NCBI GenBank assembly: GCA_946624925.1
Contig: CAMOSO010000072.1
Coordinates: forward strand, 9,029 to 73,028
Direction: 5' to 3'
DNA from: an uncultured Bacteroidales bacterium
Lineage (GTDB): Bacteria; Bacteroidota; Bacteroidia; Bacteroidales; UBA3824
DNA: 64,000 bases
Position 1 is the stretch's first letter, and each line of letters opens with the position of its first letter. A program made the translations under genes and the position numbers. Of the stretch, positions 8,519 through 18,516 are shown in pieces. Below the pieces are notes generated by a model. It saw nothing but the letters and a program-made list of their open reading frames with translations. It was not told the origin of the DNA and searched no databases.

Positions 8519-10675
8519 TTACACCCTCACCCCAATCATCGACCTGTCGTCCACCTGCGCTATTTCGCCTGCCCAATCGTCGAGGGCGGAGGTGATTATT
8601 TGCATCTGTTGAGGCATCGGGAGGGCGTGATTATCGGCGACGAGTTGCATAATCTTTTTGAGCGAAAATTTGCGGATTTCCTTGCCGCCAAGTTGGTCTT
8701 GGATGCCGTCGGAGAATACATACACAGCATCGCCGGACGTGGTAGCCTTCTCGATGGTGGTGAAATGCTCCTTTTCGCGGACATAATTGCCAATGGGATT
8801 GGAATCGCCTTTGAGACGCATAACTTCTCCATTATGAACAAAGAGAGCACTCTGATTGGCACCGCCAAAAAGCATCTTGTCGCCATCGGGCGGGAAAACG
8901 AGGATTGTCATATCCATACCGTCATCAACATCCGCCTTGCTGACTATCTCGGTGGTCTTGTTGAGGGATTTTTTGACGAGGATGCGCATATTGTCCAAAA
9001 TCTCGCCGGGCAGGATGGGCGACGTTGCCATTTCGAGTTTGTTAAAGAGGTCTTTCAAGGCGGCAACACCAAGCATACTGAGCAACGCGCCGGGAATGCC
9101 GTGTCCCGTGCAATCAGCATTAACCAAAATCCTATGATCGCGCACAATGTCGGCATAATACCAATCGCCGCTCACAATGTCGCGTGGACGGTAATACACA
9201 AAACTATCGGGAAACAACTCCCTCACCTTGGCGGCGTTGCCAATAGTATCTGCCTGAATCTGCGACGCATACTCCACACTGCCAATCATAACGTTCTTCG
9301 CCTCCTCCTCGGCATTGCGCTGCGTGGCAAGTTGGGCAGAAATCTGGGCGAGACGTGCGCTCGACGCTTTGAGGCGGGCATTGAGGCGACGTTTGCGATA
9401 CAAAAACATACCAACCACAACAGCCACAGCCGCCAACACGATGAACGCCACACCAATCAAAATATAAAAATTCCGCTGGCGCGACTGCACCTCGTTCAAG
9501 TGCTGTTCGTTTTGTTGCTTTGTAATTTCGCGCTGGTCGTGGATGCGCTGGATATTGGTCTGAGCGGCAAAATTAGACAACCTTTTCATCGTCTCCTCGT
9601 CGTGGGTCTTGTCTTGGAGTTCGTGAAACATCACAGTATTTTCATAAGCCTTTTTGTAATCGCCGAGGGCATTGTAGCACAACGACAACATCCTGCACGC
9701 CTCGGCACGTTGCAGGAGAAGAGTGTCGGCAGGCATCTCTTTGAGCAACCGTTCGAGAGGGCGCACCGAAGCCGCAAAATTGCCCCTGAACACCTCAATC
9801 TCGCACCCTAACAACGTAGTCTCCACATTGTGCCACAGTTCTTTGGGGTCATAGTGCCGATTAATAAAAAAATCGAGCCACACCCGGCTACTGTCGGCAA
9901 AATCGTTGCGGGACGTAAGCGTGGCGAGTTTTATATAACATTTGGTAATATTGAGTATGCTGCCAATGTAGCTCGAATAATCAGCCGGCTTGTCCACAAG
10001 CACCGACGGTACGGAGAGCAATTGCTGTTTGGCAATGAGCAACGTATCTACGGTATTAACGCCCACACTGTCAATGTATTGCATCAGAGTACATTCCGCC
10101 AAATGATAGAGAGTAACGGCAGTCTCCACAGAATCGCCCGACATCGTGGAAAGCCTCAACGCATCGTTGAAGTGTTTTTGGGCAGTATTAGACATGCCGA
10201 GTTGTGCGTATGGCAACCCCTGCGACCTGATAGCCCAACAGAGGCGGGAAGTGTCTTTGAGTTCGGTGTAAATATCAGCCGCCTGTCGGAAACAGTCCCA
10301 CATCTCAAAATAACTGTTGGTGTTTTTGTAACACAATCCGAGGTTGCAATACACGAGCGCGGCTTTGCTTGGGTCTTGGTCGGAGGCTACAAGGAGCAAT
10401 TGTTTCCTATACATCACGATTGCCGAATCAAACATCCTGCGCTCCGAATACGCCCAGCCCAAATTGTTGGCAGCCATATACATCAAATTCCTGTCGGCGA
10501 GCCGCTGAGCCACAATATAAGCCATATCCGCGTATTTTTTCACAGTGTCGGGGTCATAACTATTGGAGGCGACGCGCACGCAACTATCGGCAAACGCTCT
10601 TTCGTCGCGCTGCGAAAATGCGCGGCACGATAGCAAAGTCAACACGGATAATATGATGAGTAACCTAATTTTCAT
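8519..10675 (-). CDS. TPR-repeat ectodomain, single TM, coiled coil and PP2C/SpoIIE phosphatase (catalytic motifs intact)
   Basis: Signal peptide, TPR-like repeats, TM helix FYILIGVAFIVLAAVAVVVGMFLY, then SGDWYY, ADCTGHGIPGALLSMLG, FSDGIQDQ and DDRSMIGVRV. Confidence 0.85.
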   Translation of the reverse strand: MKIRLLIILSVLTLLSCRAFSQRDERAFADSCVRVASNSYDPDTVKKYADMAYIVAQRLADRNLMYMAANNLGWAYSERRMFDSAIVMYRKQLLLVASDQDPSKAALVYCNLGLCYKNTNSYFEMWDCFRQAADIYTELKDTSRLCWAIRSQGLPYAQLGMSNTAQKHFNDALRLSTMSGDSVETAVTLYHLAECTLMQYIDSVGVNTVDTLLIAKQQLLSVPSVLVDKPADYSSYIGSILNITKCYIKLATLTSRNDFADSSRVWLDFFINRHYDPKELWHNVETTLLGCEIEVFRGNFAASVRPLERLLKEMPADTLLLQRAEACRMLSLCYNALGDYKKAYENTVMFHELQDKTHDEETMKRLSNFAAQTNIQRIHDQREITKQQNEQHLNEVQSRQRNFYILIGVAFIVLAAVAVVVGMFLYRKRRLNARLKASSARLAQISAQLATQRNAEEEAKNVMIGSVEYASQIQADTIGNAAKVRELFPDSFVYYRPRDIVSGDWYYADIVRDHRILVNADCTGHGIPGALLSMLGVAALKDLFNKLEMATSPILPGEILDNMRILVKKSLNKTTEIVSKADVDDGMDMTILVFPPDGDKMLFGGANQSALFVHNGEVMRLKGDSNPIGNYVREKEHFTTIEKATTSGDAVYVFSDGIQDQLGGKEIRKFSLKKIMQLVADNHALPMPQQMQIITSALDDWAGEIAQVDDRSMIGVRV

Positions 10676-12762
10676 ATTGTGATTGATACAATCGTAATGT
10701 CCTCCTTCTGTTCGGATTGCGAAATAAATTCTTCCACCGCGCCCTTTTGCTCCACCGGCGACTTTTGGTAGAGAGTTTCACACAAAATCTCCGGCGTTAT
10801 GTTGCGGGCAACGAGTTCGCGCTTGGTGGTCGTGGAATACAACATTACGGCATCGCCCGGAGACACGGTATTGAATTTGTCGCCCGGCTTGTCGCCGCCC
10901 ATTATGATGGGAGTGCCGTTTTTGAAGAGCAATGCGTTTTGATTGACGCCCGCAAACCTGACGCTCCCCCGCCCAAACACGCACAGCGACACGCCCGCCG
11001 CATTGTTGCGAGCCGATTCGGGAAGTTTGGATTGCACGGTGCGCAATATTGCCGACGGCGAGACCATCGACATCGCCGACAATTGACCAATGGTGTCTTT
11101 CAACGCATTGACAGTCATCATACTTACCAATGCGCCCGGCACGCCGATTTTTGCGCTGCCGCCCAATGCAAGAATCCTCTTGGAACCGAGGCGCGACGTC
11201 CAGTACCAATCGCCGCTCACGATTTCGCAAGGTTTGTTATAAACCAACGCCCCTGGAAACAATTCCTCAATCTCCGCCTCCGAACTTACGGTAGCCATCT
11301 GTATGCGCCGTGCATACCTCATACTCTGACGGATTTTGTTGTTGACCTCTTGAAGGCGTACTTTTTCCACCTCCAATTCCTCGTTTTGAGTTTTGATTTC
11401 TTCATTGTGCGACGCAATATCAGCGTTGCCCTTGCGGGTGTGTTGAAGAATCCTCCATATAAAAAACACCAACACCAGCAACGCCACAAACCCAATCGCA
11501 CTCACCGTCATCATCCGCCGAAAATGGCTTTTCTTTTCCATCAAGTCCATTTCAGCAATGCGCTTTTCGTATTCCGCCGCCTCTTGTTCAACTTCTACAT
11601 TGGCCCTCGTTTGAAAAGCCGCCGCCTCCATCATTGCCTTTGTGCCACTTATCGGCTCTATCTCCTTGCGGTATAGTTCGTAATATTTGATGGCATTGCG
11701 ATAGTCGCCGAGTTTGGAGTATGTTTTGGATAAGTCGTTGTAAATATATATATTGTATCCATAACAATCCATATCGTTAGCATATTTTAAGGTTTCGTTC
11801 AAAAGCTTCTCCGCACCACGATAATCACGTTTAGCATATTTTATCATAGCCTTATTGTCCATTACAAGAATTTGGATATTCGAATAATCTTCCAATGACT
11901 TCTCTAATTCACAATTGTACCGCGCCGCTGAATCTATAAACGAATCATTCTTTTCAAGTTCGGCAAGTGATAAATATCCATCGATTAATTGCAAATAAGA
12001 GTTGATTTTTTTGGATAAACAATCGTCATCAAGATTGTCAATCTTGTCGAGATATTTCAATGCACGACGTGCCCAATTTATTGACTCACGACAATCATTG
12101 ACATCACCGTCTAACTTATTTAACATAGACAATACAGACGCCAACATCCCCATATCCTTATAATTATTAGACTGCTGTGCTAATTGAAAGCCCTTGGTAG
12201 CCACTTCGATTCCCTGTTCTTTCATACCCAAATCATCATAAATATCTGCAATATTATAATAACAATAACACATATTTACAGTATCAGCATATTGTTGTGC
12301 AACTTGAAGTGCATCATAAAGCGTCCGCCACATATCTTGATAATTATGAACAAATTGATAATAGATACTTACATTAACAGATCTAAAAACATAGCGTTCG
12401 ATATCACCAATAGATTTAGAAATTTCAGCGGATTTTTTACTATACTCTATTGCAAGTTCATATTGTGTTTTTTTCCCAAATCCCCAGCCCCAATAGCCAT
12501 ACAACTTAGCCAATCGAGAAGAATCCTTGCTATCAAACAAAGAAACGCCAATAGAAGAATATTTGATTACAGTATCAGGGTCATTTGATTCATAACCAAT
12601 TTCATAACACAGCCTGAACCTCGTCGTGTCAGACGTAGCGGCGGCGTACTCGCGCAAAAGGCTGTCCACGACGTCGAATTCTTCATCTTCGGCGTCGTCC
12701 TGTGCCTTCGCAAACAGCGACAGGCAAAGTATGACAGATATTATGGCAATGCGCCTTAACAT
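10672..12762 (-). CDS. TPR-repeat ectodomain, single TM, coiled coil and a degenerate SpoIIE-like domain (predicted pseudo-phosphatase)
   Basis: Same architecture as the downstream paralog. However, DCTGHG is replaced by GGSAKIG and FSDG by YSTT; SGDWYW and EDITIVSI are retained. Its stop overlaps the next start (ATGA). Confidence 0.8.
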   Translation of the reverse strand: MLRRIAIISVILCLSLFAKAQDDAEDEEFDVVDSLLREYAAATSDTTRFRLCYEIGYESNDPDTVIKYSSIGVSLFDSKDSSRLAKLYGYWGWGFGKKTQYELAIEYSKKSAEISKSIGDIERYVFRSVNVSIYYQFVHNYQDMWRTLYDALQVAQQYADTVNMCYCYYNIADIYDDLGMKEQGIEVATKGFQLAQQSNNYKDMGMLASVLSMLNKLDGDVNDCRESINWARRALKYLDKIDNLDDDCLSKKINSYLQLIDGYLSLAELEKNDSFIDSAARYNCELEKSLEDYSNIQILVMDNKAMIKYAKRDYRGAEKLLNETLKYANDMDCYGYNIYIYNDLSKTYSKLGDYRNAIKYYELYRKEIEPISGTKAMMEAAAFQTRANVEVEQEAAEYEKRIAEMDLMEKKSHFRRMMTVSAIGFVALLVLVFFIWRILQHTRKGNADIASHNEEIKTQNEELEVEKVRLQEVNNKIRQSMRYARRIQMATVSSEAEIEELFPGALVYNKPCEIVSGDWYWTSRLGSKRILALGGSAKIGVPGALVSMMTVNALKDTIGQLSAMSMVSPSAILRTVQSKLPESARNNAAGVSLCVFGRGSVRFAGVNQNALLFKNGTPIIMGGDKPGDKFNTVSPGDAVMLYSTTTKRELVARNITPEILCETLYQKSPVEQKGAVEEFISQSEQKEDITIVSITI

Positions 12763-12827
12763 TATAATTGGATATTAATCAATTTCGGCGCAAAGATAAC
12801 AAAAAAACGTTAAAGAAGTGGCAATAA

Positions 12828-13748
12828 TTAAATTTTAGCCAAAATGTCGGGGATAAAACTTGCGTCAAACACATCGAACGCGAAACATTTTTTGCCCAAA
12901 TCTTTGAGCGACGCGCCGATGTGGTAGAGGATGCTATGGTCGATAATCATAAACCTATCGTGCATCCGTGTGGTGTAGTTGACCGTAAGAGTGGGATATT
13001 GAGTGTTGAAATTTTGTATGTCTTGCGCGGTAAGCCTTGTATTTGGCGCAGTGTAAATCTTAACAGGTACGCCGCTGTTTTTGTCAGCAAGGCGTTCAAG
13101 TGTAGAAACATCTACATAGTTGTCAATCAGGACTATTTCTTTGGTAGCCTGTTGGATAAAACTTTTGAACTTGGCGTATGCGTCGAAGATTTGTCCCTGA
13201 TAGAAAATGCCGTGGGTGTCTTTCACGTTGTATTTGTCTAAAAGAGTGAAAAGTTCGTCAATTTGCCTGTCGTGTTCACGATGGTGAATGTCTGAATCCA
13301 AAAGATGTTTTTTGATGTTCTCAATTTCGGCAAATACGTGAGCATTGGTTTGTAAAAAATGTTTCATCTCACGAAACGCTCTCATTATAAAAATACTCTG
13401 TTGCTCAGCAAGTTCGCCACGAAGAACTGTGGCAAGCATATATATGCCTTGTTCTGTAAAGGCATTAGGCAACTTTCGCACTCCGCCCCAACTTGAAGTC
13501 ACAATTTGTGACTTCAAGTTTGAGGTCGCAAATTGCGACCTCAAAAAATCAAATTCATCTCGGGTCAATTGAAACATAAAATCAGAAGGAAACCGATTTA
13601 AGTTTCGCTTGACTTGTTGATTAAGTGTTTTGACTTCATAGCCATATATCTCCGCCAAATCGCTGTCGAGCATCACCTGTACGCCGCGAATGGTGTAGAT
13701 TTTGTCTTTCAAACTGTTTGTATCGTGTATTGCTATTTCTGATGCCAT
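12828..13748 (-). CDS. ORF6N (KilA-N/Bro-N-like) DNA-binding domain protein with a C-terminal PLD-like HxR....D motif
   Basis: N-terminus IYTIRGVQVMLDSDLAEIYGYEVKTLNQQVKRNLNRFPSDFMFQLT is the ORF6N signature. The C-terminus MHDRFMIIDHSILYHIGASLKD resembles HxKxxxxDxxxxxxGSxN. Confidence 0.7.
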   Translation of the reverse strand: MASEIAIHDTNSLKDKIYTIRGVQVMLDSDLAEIYGYEVKTLNQQVKRNLNRFPSDFMFQLTRDEFDFLRSQFATSNLKSQIVTSSWGGVRKLPNAFTEQGIYMLATVLRGELAEQQSIFIMRAFREMKHFLQTNAHVFAEIENIKKHLLDSDIHHREHDRQIDELFTLLDKYNVKDTHGIFYQGQIFDAYAKFKSFIQQATKEIVLIDNYVDVSTLERLADKNSGVPVKIYTAPNTRLTAQDIQNFNTQYPTLTVNYTTRMHDRFMIIDHSILYHIGASLKDLGKKCFAFDVFDASFIPDILAKI

Positions 13749-13910
13749 ATTCGTTTAATATTTTTTGCGGTCAAAATTTCTGACCGCAATTTTTTCCACG
13801 CCCCAAAGTTACTCAAAAAATCAATAACACAAGTATGGATTTTTTTGAATATATAGAAAAAAAGACACTTTTTGCTTATCTTTGTCCCAAACATTAACCC
13901 CATTACAACA

Positions 13911-14630
13911 ATGAAAAGAATATTACTTTTGATGCTTTCGATAATCCTCGCTTGCGGCACAATACAAGCGCAAGACGGCATAGTGTTTACGTTTACTTGT
14001 GATAATAATCCACTGAAACTCAATGAGATGATATACAAATCTTCTCGCGGGCTGACGTATCAGGTGAGCCAGGTGCAATATTTCGTAACCGACATCAGGA
14101 TTATCAACAAGGACAAATCGGTGAAGGATTTTCCACAGAGTTGCCATTATGTTGATGTGGAGATTGCGAAAACATTGCAATGGATTCCGGCGGCGGATTT
14201 TTCGCTGCAAAACGCTGACAGCATTGAGTTTACATTTGGATTCAGTGCCACGCAAAACCGCAGTTACAGGTTCAAGAATCCGCCTGAAAACCTGATGTTT
14301 TGGCCCGACTATCTCGGCGGCGGCTATCATTATATGAAGACAAACATACTTTACCTCGACGCCAACGGCAACACCAACGCTTTCAACTGCCACATCGGTC
14401 GCGGTCAGGTGTATAATGCTGATGGTGAACCCGTTGAGTATATCGACAATGATTTTCGCGTCAAGATTCCCGTCAAGCGTCAAGGCAACAATGCCGTCAT
14501 CAACCTCGACATCTCCACAATCTTCGACTACCCAAACGCCGAACTTTTCACCGACTATCGCGGCATTATGAACAACCAAAAGGCAATGAAAACCTTTTCG
14601 GAAAACATCAAGGCGGCGTTTGTGATGTAG
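13911..14630 (+). CDS. Secreted lipoprotein, tentatively MbnP-like
   Basis: Signal peptide MKRILLLMLSIILACG; start trimmed to this M. The overall pattern (LTYQVSQVQYFVTDIRIINKD...) recalls MbnP-family proteins, but no MbnH partner is adjacent. Confidence 0.4.
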   Translation: MKRILLLMLSIILACGTIQAQDGIVFTFTCDNNPLKLNEMIYKSSRGLTYQVSQVQYFVTDIRIINKDKSVKDFPQSCHYVDVEIAKTLQWIPAADFSLQNADSIEFTFGFSATQNRSYRFKNPPENLMFWPDYLGGGYHYMKTNILYLDANGNTNAFNCHIGRGQVYNADGEPVEYIDNDFRVKIPVKRQGNNAVINLDISTIFDYPNAELFTDYRGIMNNQKAMKTFSENIKAAFVM

Positions 14631-14674
14631 GGGCTGACCTATGTGTCCGCCCGATACTATGTGCCCGCCCGATA

Positions 14675-16132
14675 TTATCCCAATTCAAAATGCCTGTCAA
14701 CACATTCCGGCACATTCTCCGGCTCGTGGGTAACGAGAATGAGAGTGCGCTCCGGCTGCGCGGCGTATTGGTTGATGAGTTGCTTGGCGCGTGCTTTGTT
14801 GGCGGCGTCGAGACCGTGGAGAGGCTCGTCAAGTATCAGAAGGTCAGGGTTTTTAATCATCGTGCGGGCAAGCAATACAAGGCGTTGCTCTCCGTCGGAA
14901 GTCTGCAAGAAGGGCCACTCCGCCAAATGTCCTATGCCAAAAGTATCCATTATTTGCTGTGCCTTTTGGTATTGTGCGTCGCTGCATTGACGAAAAAGCC
15001 CCTGAGTATCAAACAATCCCGAGGCGACAACCTTTTTGCAAGGCTGATTTTCACGGAAATACAGGTGCATCTCCGACGAGATATAGCCGATACGCTTCTT
15101 GATGTCCCAGATGCTCTCGCCCGTGCCGCGCTTGCGGTCAAAGAGCGTGATGTCCATATTGTAACTCCGTGGATTGTCGGCAGTTACGAGGCTCAGAAGG
15201 GTTGATTTGCCACTGCCGTTTGGTCCAGAAAGCGTCCATTTTTCGCCCTTCTTGATTTGCCAACTTATGCCCTCAAAAAGCGTCCGAGTCGGATATTTGA
15301 TGGTAACGTTGCGGAGGTCGGCGGCTATCTCAAACTGACGCTCTTCCTTCACGAATGGTTCTGGCAGGCGCAATTCGTTGGTATTATTTTTACTAAAAAT
15401 CATTTGCAAGAAATCCTTGTCCGCCAAGAATTTATCCTTATCCATTTTAGGGAAATATTCAAGGTCGCGGCAAGGTATCACGGACTTTGAAATTTCGGGA
15501 ATATCTTTCACGTCCGGCACCACAAAAATCATCTGTTGACGGTCGGCGATGTCGGCAAATACTTGATTGAGCACGATGCGAGTTTTGGCGTCAAGTCCAA
15601 TGAAAGGATTGTCGAAGATGACGATTTCAGGCTTTTTGATGAGTATGGTCGCAATCAAAAACCGCCTCAACTCGCCCGACGACAGCATCAACAATGTTTT
15701 CGGGAACAATGGACGGAGATGCAGTTTTTCAACCCAAATGCCCTTGTCGGAGCCGGGCAGGTCGGCAATGAGATTTTCGACGGTTGGGCGGCGGGTGTTT
15801 TGGATGGCGTCCCATTCGTTTTCTGTGGCGGAAAATCGTTGTTGATAATACATATTGGCATAATCTGCCATCGTGTATGCCGATTCAAATCCCGCCTTGA
15901 TTACTTTGTCTTTCTGATAATGAACGCCTTCTGGCAAAAACGACAGCCTCATCACGCCAGACCTGACAATCACCTTGCCGGCAATCATCTCGGCGAGTTT
16001 GGTCTTGCCCGCGCCGTTTGCGCCCACAATCGTCGGATGCTCGCCTTCATACACCGTCAGATTTACCTTATTCTTAAAATTGATGCCATAAACAAATGGC
16101 TCTGCGTCAATAAGTTCGATAAGTTTATTCAT
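14675..16132 (-). CDS. Soluble ABC ATPase with two nucleotide-binding domains (ModF-like)
   Basis: Two Walker A motifs (GANGAGKTK, GPNGSGKST), two signature motifs (LSSGELRR, TSDGEQR) and two Walker B motifs (IVIFDNP, LLILDEP). No TM domain. Confidence 0.85.
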   Translation of the reverse strand: MNKLIELIDAEPFVYGINFKNKVNLTVYEGEHPTIVGANGAGKTKLAEMIAGKVIVRSGVMRLSFLPEGVHYQKDKVIKAGFESAYTMADYANMYYQQRFSATENEWDAIQNTRRPTVENLIADLPGSDKGIWVEKLHLRPLFPKTLLMLSSGELRRFLIATILIKKPEIVIFDNPFIGLDAKTRIVLNQVFADIADRQQMIFVVPDVKDIPEISKSVIPCRDLEYFPKMDKDKFLADKDFLQMIFSKNNTNELRLPEPFVKEERQFEIAADLRNVTIKYPTRTLFEGISWQIKKGEKWTLSGPNGSGKSTLLSLVTADNPRSYNMDITLFDRKRGTGESIWDIKKRIGYISSEMHLYFRENQPCKKVVASGLFDTQGLFRQCSDAQYQKAQQIMDTFGIGHLAEWPFLQTSDGEQRLVLLARTMIKNPDLLILDEPLHGLDAANKARAKQLINQYAAQPERTLILVTHEPENVPECVDRHFELG

Positions 16133-16373
16133 TGTAACAATTTAATTACCAATCTTCATATTTTTCAGAGCATAAAGGTACAGGTTTTTATGAAAAATTA
16201 CAACATTTTTCCCAACAAAACAATTATTACGCTGCGGAATTTGAAGAATTTTGTCAAATTCCGCCGCCATATCGCAAAAATAGAAGGGGGAAAAGATATT
16301 TTTTTGAAAAATATTTTGCAGATACAAAAATCGTTTGTTACATTTGCAGTATTATAACCAAAATAAAAGCATC

Positions 16374-16676
16374 ATGAATAATTTGCAATCAATTAAAAAA
16401 AACGTTGCGGAATATTTCAAGACACAGCCTATAATAAAGGCTTGGCTTTTCGGGTCGTATGCGCGGGGAGAGGAAACGCCGCTCAGCGATGTTGACTTGC
16501 TTGTACAATACGATGAAAACGCACGGGTAAGTTTGCTTAAAATTGCATCAATGTCCAATGAACTTGAAGATCTCCTCGACCGTCAGGTGGATCTCGTTTC
16601 AGAAAAATGTCTGAGGCAGCGTGTTGCAGAAAGTGTTAACCGTGATAAAGTATTAATCTATGAGAGAGCAAATTAG
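16374..16676 (+). CDS. Minimal nucleotidyltransferase (MntA-like antitoxin of the type VII MNT/HEPN toxin-antitoxin module)
   Basis: GSYARGEETPLSDVDLLV is the NTase GS...DxD motif. A TAcaTTTG -7 box lies at 16339-16346. The gene overlaps the next one by 17 nt. Confidence 0.8.
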   Translation: MNNLQSIKKNVAEYFKTQPIIKAWLFGSYARGEETPLSDVDLLVQYDENARVSLLKIASMSNELEDLLDRQVDLVSEKCLRQRVAESVNRDKVLIYERAN

Positions 16677-17160
16677 AGATAGAGAAAGACTTGAACACAT
16701 TATCGAAGCCATTGACCGTGTCCTTATATTTTCCGAAGGGAAGACAAAGGAGCAACTGGTCTCCGACAATATGAGATTCTACGGCGTTGTAAAAAATATC
16801 GAAATTGTAGGCGAGGCTGCATACAAACTTACAAACGCCTTCCGCAACCAACATAGCGAAACTCCTTGGAAAGACATAACAAGGATGCGCCACGTACTGA
16901 TACACGATTATTATTTAATCGACGAAGATTCAGTTTTTTATGTTATAGAGAAAGACTTGCGCCCCCTACGCGAACAAATAGCCCGCTACCTATCCGAAAC
17001 AGACTGGGACGAGTGGGAAAATAACGCCGCTACCATCAACGAATCTTCCGCACACAAAACCCTCATACAGACAGCGCAAAGGATGAAAAAAAAGGGCTAC
17101 GACATCAAGGAGATTTGCAGCATTACGGGATTAAACAAGGAGGAAGTCGAGTTATTATAA
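16660..17160 (+). CDS. HepT-like HEPN (DUF86) RNase toxin with an extra ~45-aa C-terminal tail
   Basis: Rx4HxY motif in RMRHVLIHDYY. The tail ...AQRMKKKGYDIKEICSITGLNKEEVELL resembles the helix-turn-helix-like tail seen on Rpn/PDDEXK transposase-like proteins. Confidence 0.8.
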   Translation: MREQIRDRERLEHIIEAIDRVLIFSEGKTKEQLVSDNMRFYGVVKNIEIVGEAAYKLTNAFRNQHSETPWKDITRMRHVLIHDYYLIDEDSVFYVIEKDLRPLREQIARYLSETDWDEWENNAATINESSAHKTLIQTAQRMKKKGYDIKEICSITGLNKEEVELL

Positions 17161-17182
17161 CTTTACTCAAAAATCCTCCCGC

Positions 17183-18508
17183 CTATATATCCTTCACCAA
17201 CTTCTTGTCCATAATGTCGCGCATTGCCTTTTCGCCCTCGGCGGCGAGATGGTCGATGTGTTCGAGGTCGCCGGTCATTTGAAGTGGAAAATTATCATCC
17301 TCACCGTAACTCTCTATCCGCGAACAAATTGTATCTACATTAATATTTGCAATATCAATGGCAGGAATGTATATCGGACTGCCGCCACCGTCGTTGCGGA
17401 GTTCGGCAAGAAGACCAACATCCTGCAACCGCTGAGCAACGTGGAGAAAAAGTTTTTGGGAGATTTTGAGTTCCTCGCTCCACGTCGTGGCATCCTTGGG
17501 CGGCTTTGACTCAGCAAAATTCTTTACAATCTTGGTCATCAGCAACATAGAAACCCTTTTCATCATTCTCGGACTAATATTGCCAGCGGAAAGTTCGGTG
17601 GAATAATAATTGACATTCTGCACCGAATACGCCACTTCGCAGCCCAACAAAACTATAATCCACGATACCTGCAACCACACCAAAAACAGCGGCAACGCGG
17701 CAAAACTTCCGTAAACCGCGCCGTATTCCGACACGCCCACCTGAAACGCCACATACGCCCACTGCCAAACCTGAAACACAATGCCCGTGATGACGCCAGC
17801 CGAAACCGCCGACTTGAAATTGACCTTTGTATTGGGCATTATCAAATATACAAGCGTAAACACAATCGCCATCAACAAATACGGCAACACCTTGATAATC
17901 AACGTCAAAACCGGCGAAAGATAATCGGCAAAATAATCGCCGAGTTTGGCGCGGATGAAGAACGTGGCACTACTTGCGGTGATTATCAAAATCGGCGAAA
18001 ACACCATAATCGTCATATAATCAGTAACTTTGCGTAGGATTGGACGGTTTTTCTTGATGTTCCACATAAAATTGAACGCCTCCTCAACGTGGCTAAGCAA
18101 CTCAAACACCGAATACAACAACATTATGACACCGATGCCCGCGATAAGTCCGCCCTTGGCGTTTTCGAGCATCGACGACGCAAAGGAAATCAGATAATCG
18201 GCAGTCTCGGGATTTGCGGCGAAACTATCACGTATCAAGTCAGTTACGATAGTTTCCAACCCAAAACCTTTGGCGAGCGCAAATGCCAACGCGACCACCG
18301 GCACCGACGACAACAACGTAAAATACGTCAACGCCGACGCCCTTACCGCGCAACCATTCTCAATAAAACCACGCACGGCTATTATCAAGATTTTCAATAT
18401 GTTGAACGCGCTGCGCTTGCGGGTTGACATATTGTCCATATCCGCCCGCCAGATGTCCTTTACCACAAAATCCTTGGCAGCGTTGTATTTGTCGATTAGT
18501 TTTGCCAT
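17183..18508 (-). CDS. YihY/BrkB (ribonuclease BN-like) family inner membrane protein with a C-terminal soluble extension
   Basis: N-terminus ...RASALTYFTLLSSVPVVALAFALAKGFG plus six TM helices, typical of the YihY family. Confidence 0.8.
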   Translation of the reverse strand: MAKLIDKYNAAKDFVVKDIWRADMDNMSTRKRSAFNILKILIIAVRGFIENGCAVRASALTYFTLLSSVPVVALAFALAKGFGLETIVTDLIRDSFAANPETADYLISFASSMLENAKGGLIAGIGVIMLLYSVFELLSHVEEAFNFMWNIKKNRPILRKVTDYMTIMVFSPILIITASSATFFIRAKLGDYFADYLSPVLTLIIKVLPYLLMAIVFTLVYLIMPNTKVNFKSAVSAGVITGIVFQVWQWAYVAFQVGVSEYGAVYGSFAALPLFLVWLQVSWIIVLLGCEVAYSVQNVNYYSTELSAGNISPRMMKRVSMLLMTKIVKNFAESKPPKDATTWSEELKISQKLFLHVAQRLQDVGLLAELRNDGGGSPIYIPAIDIANINVDTICSRIESYGEDDNFPLQMTGDLEHIDHLAAEGEKAMRDIMDKKLVKDI

Positions 18509-18516
18509 AATTACAA

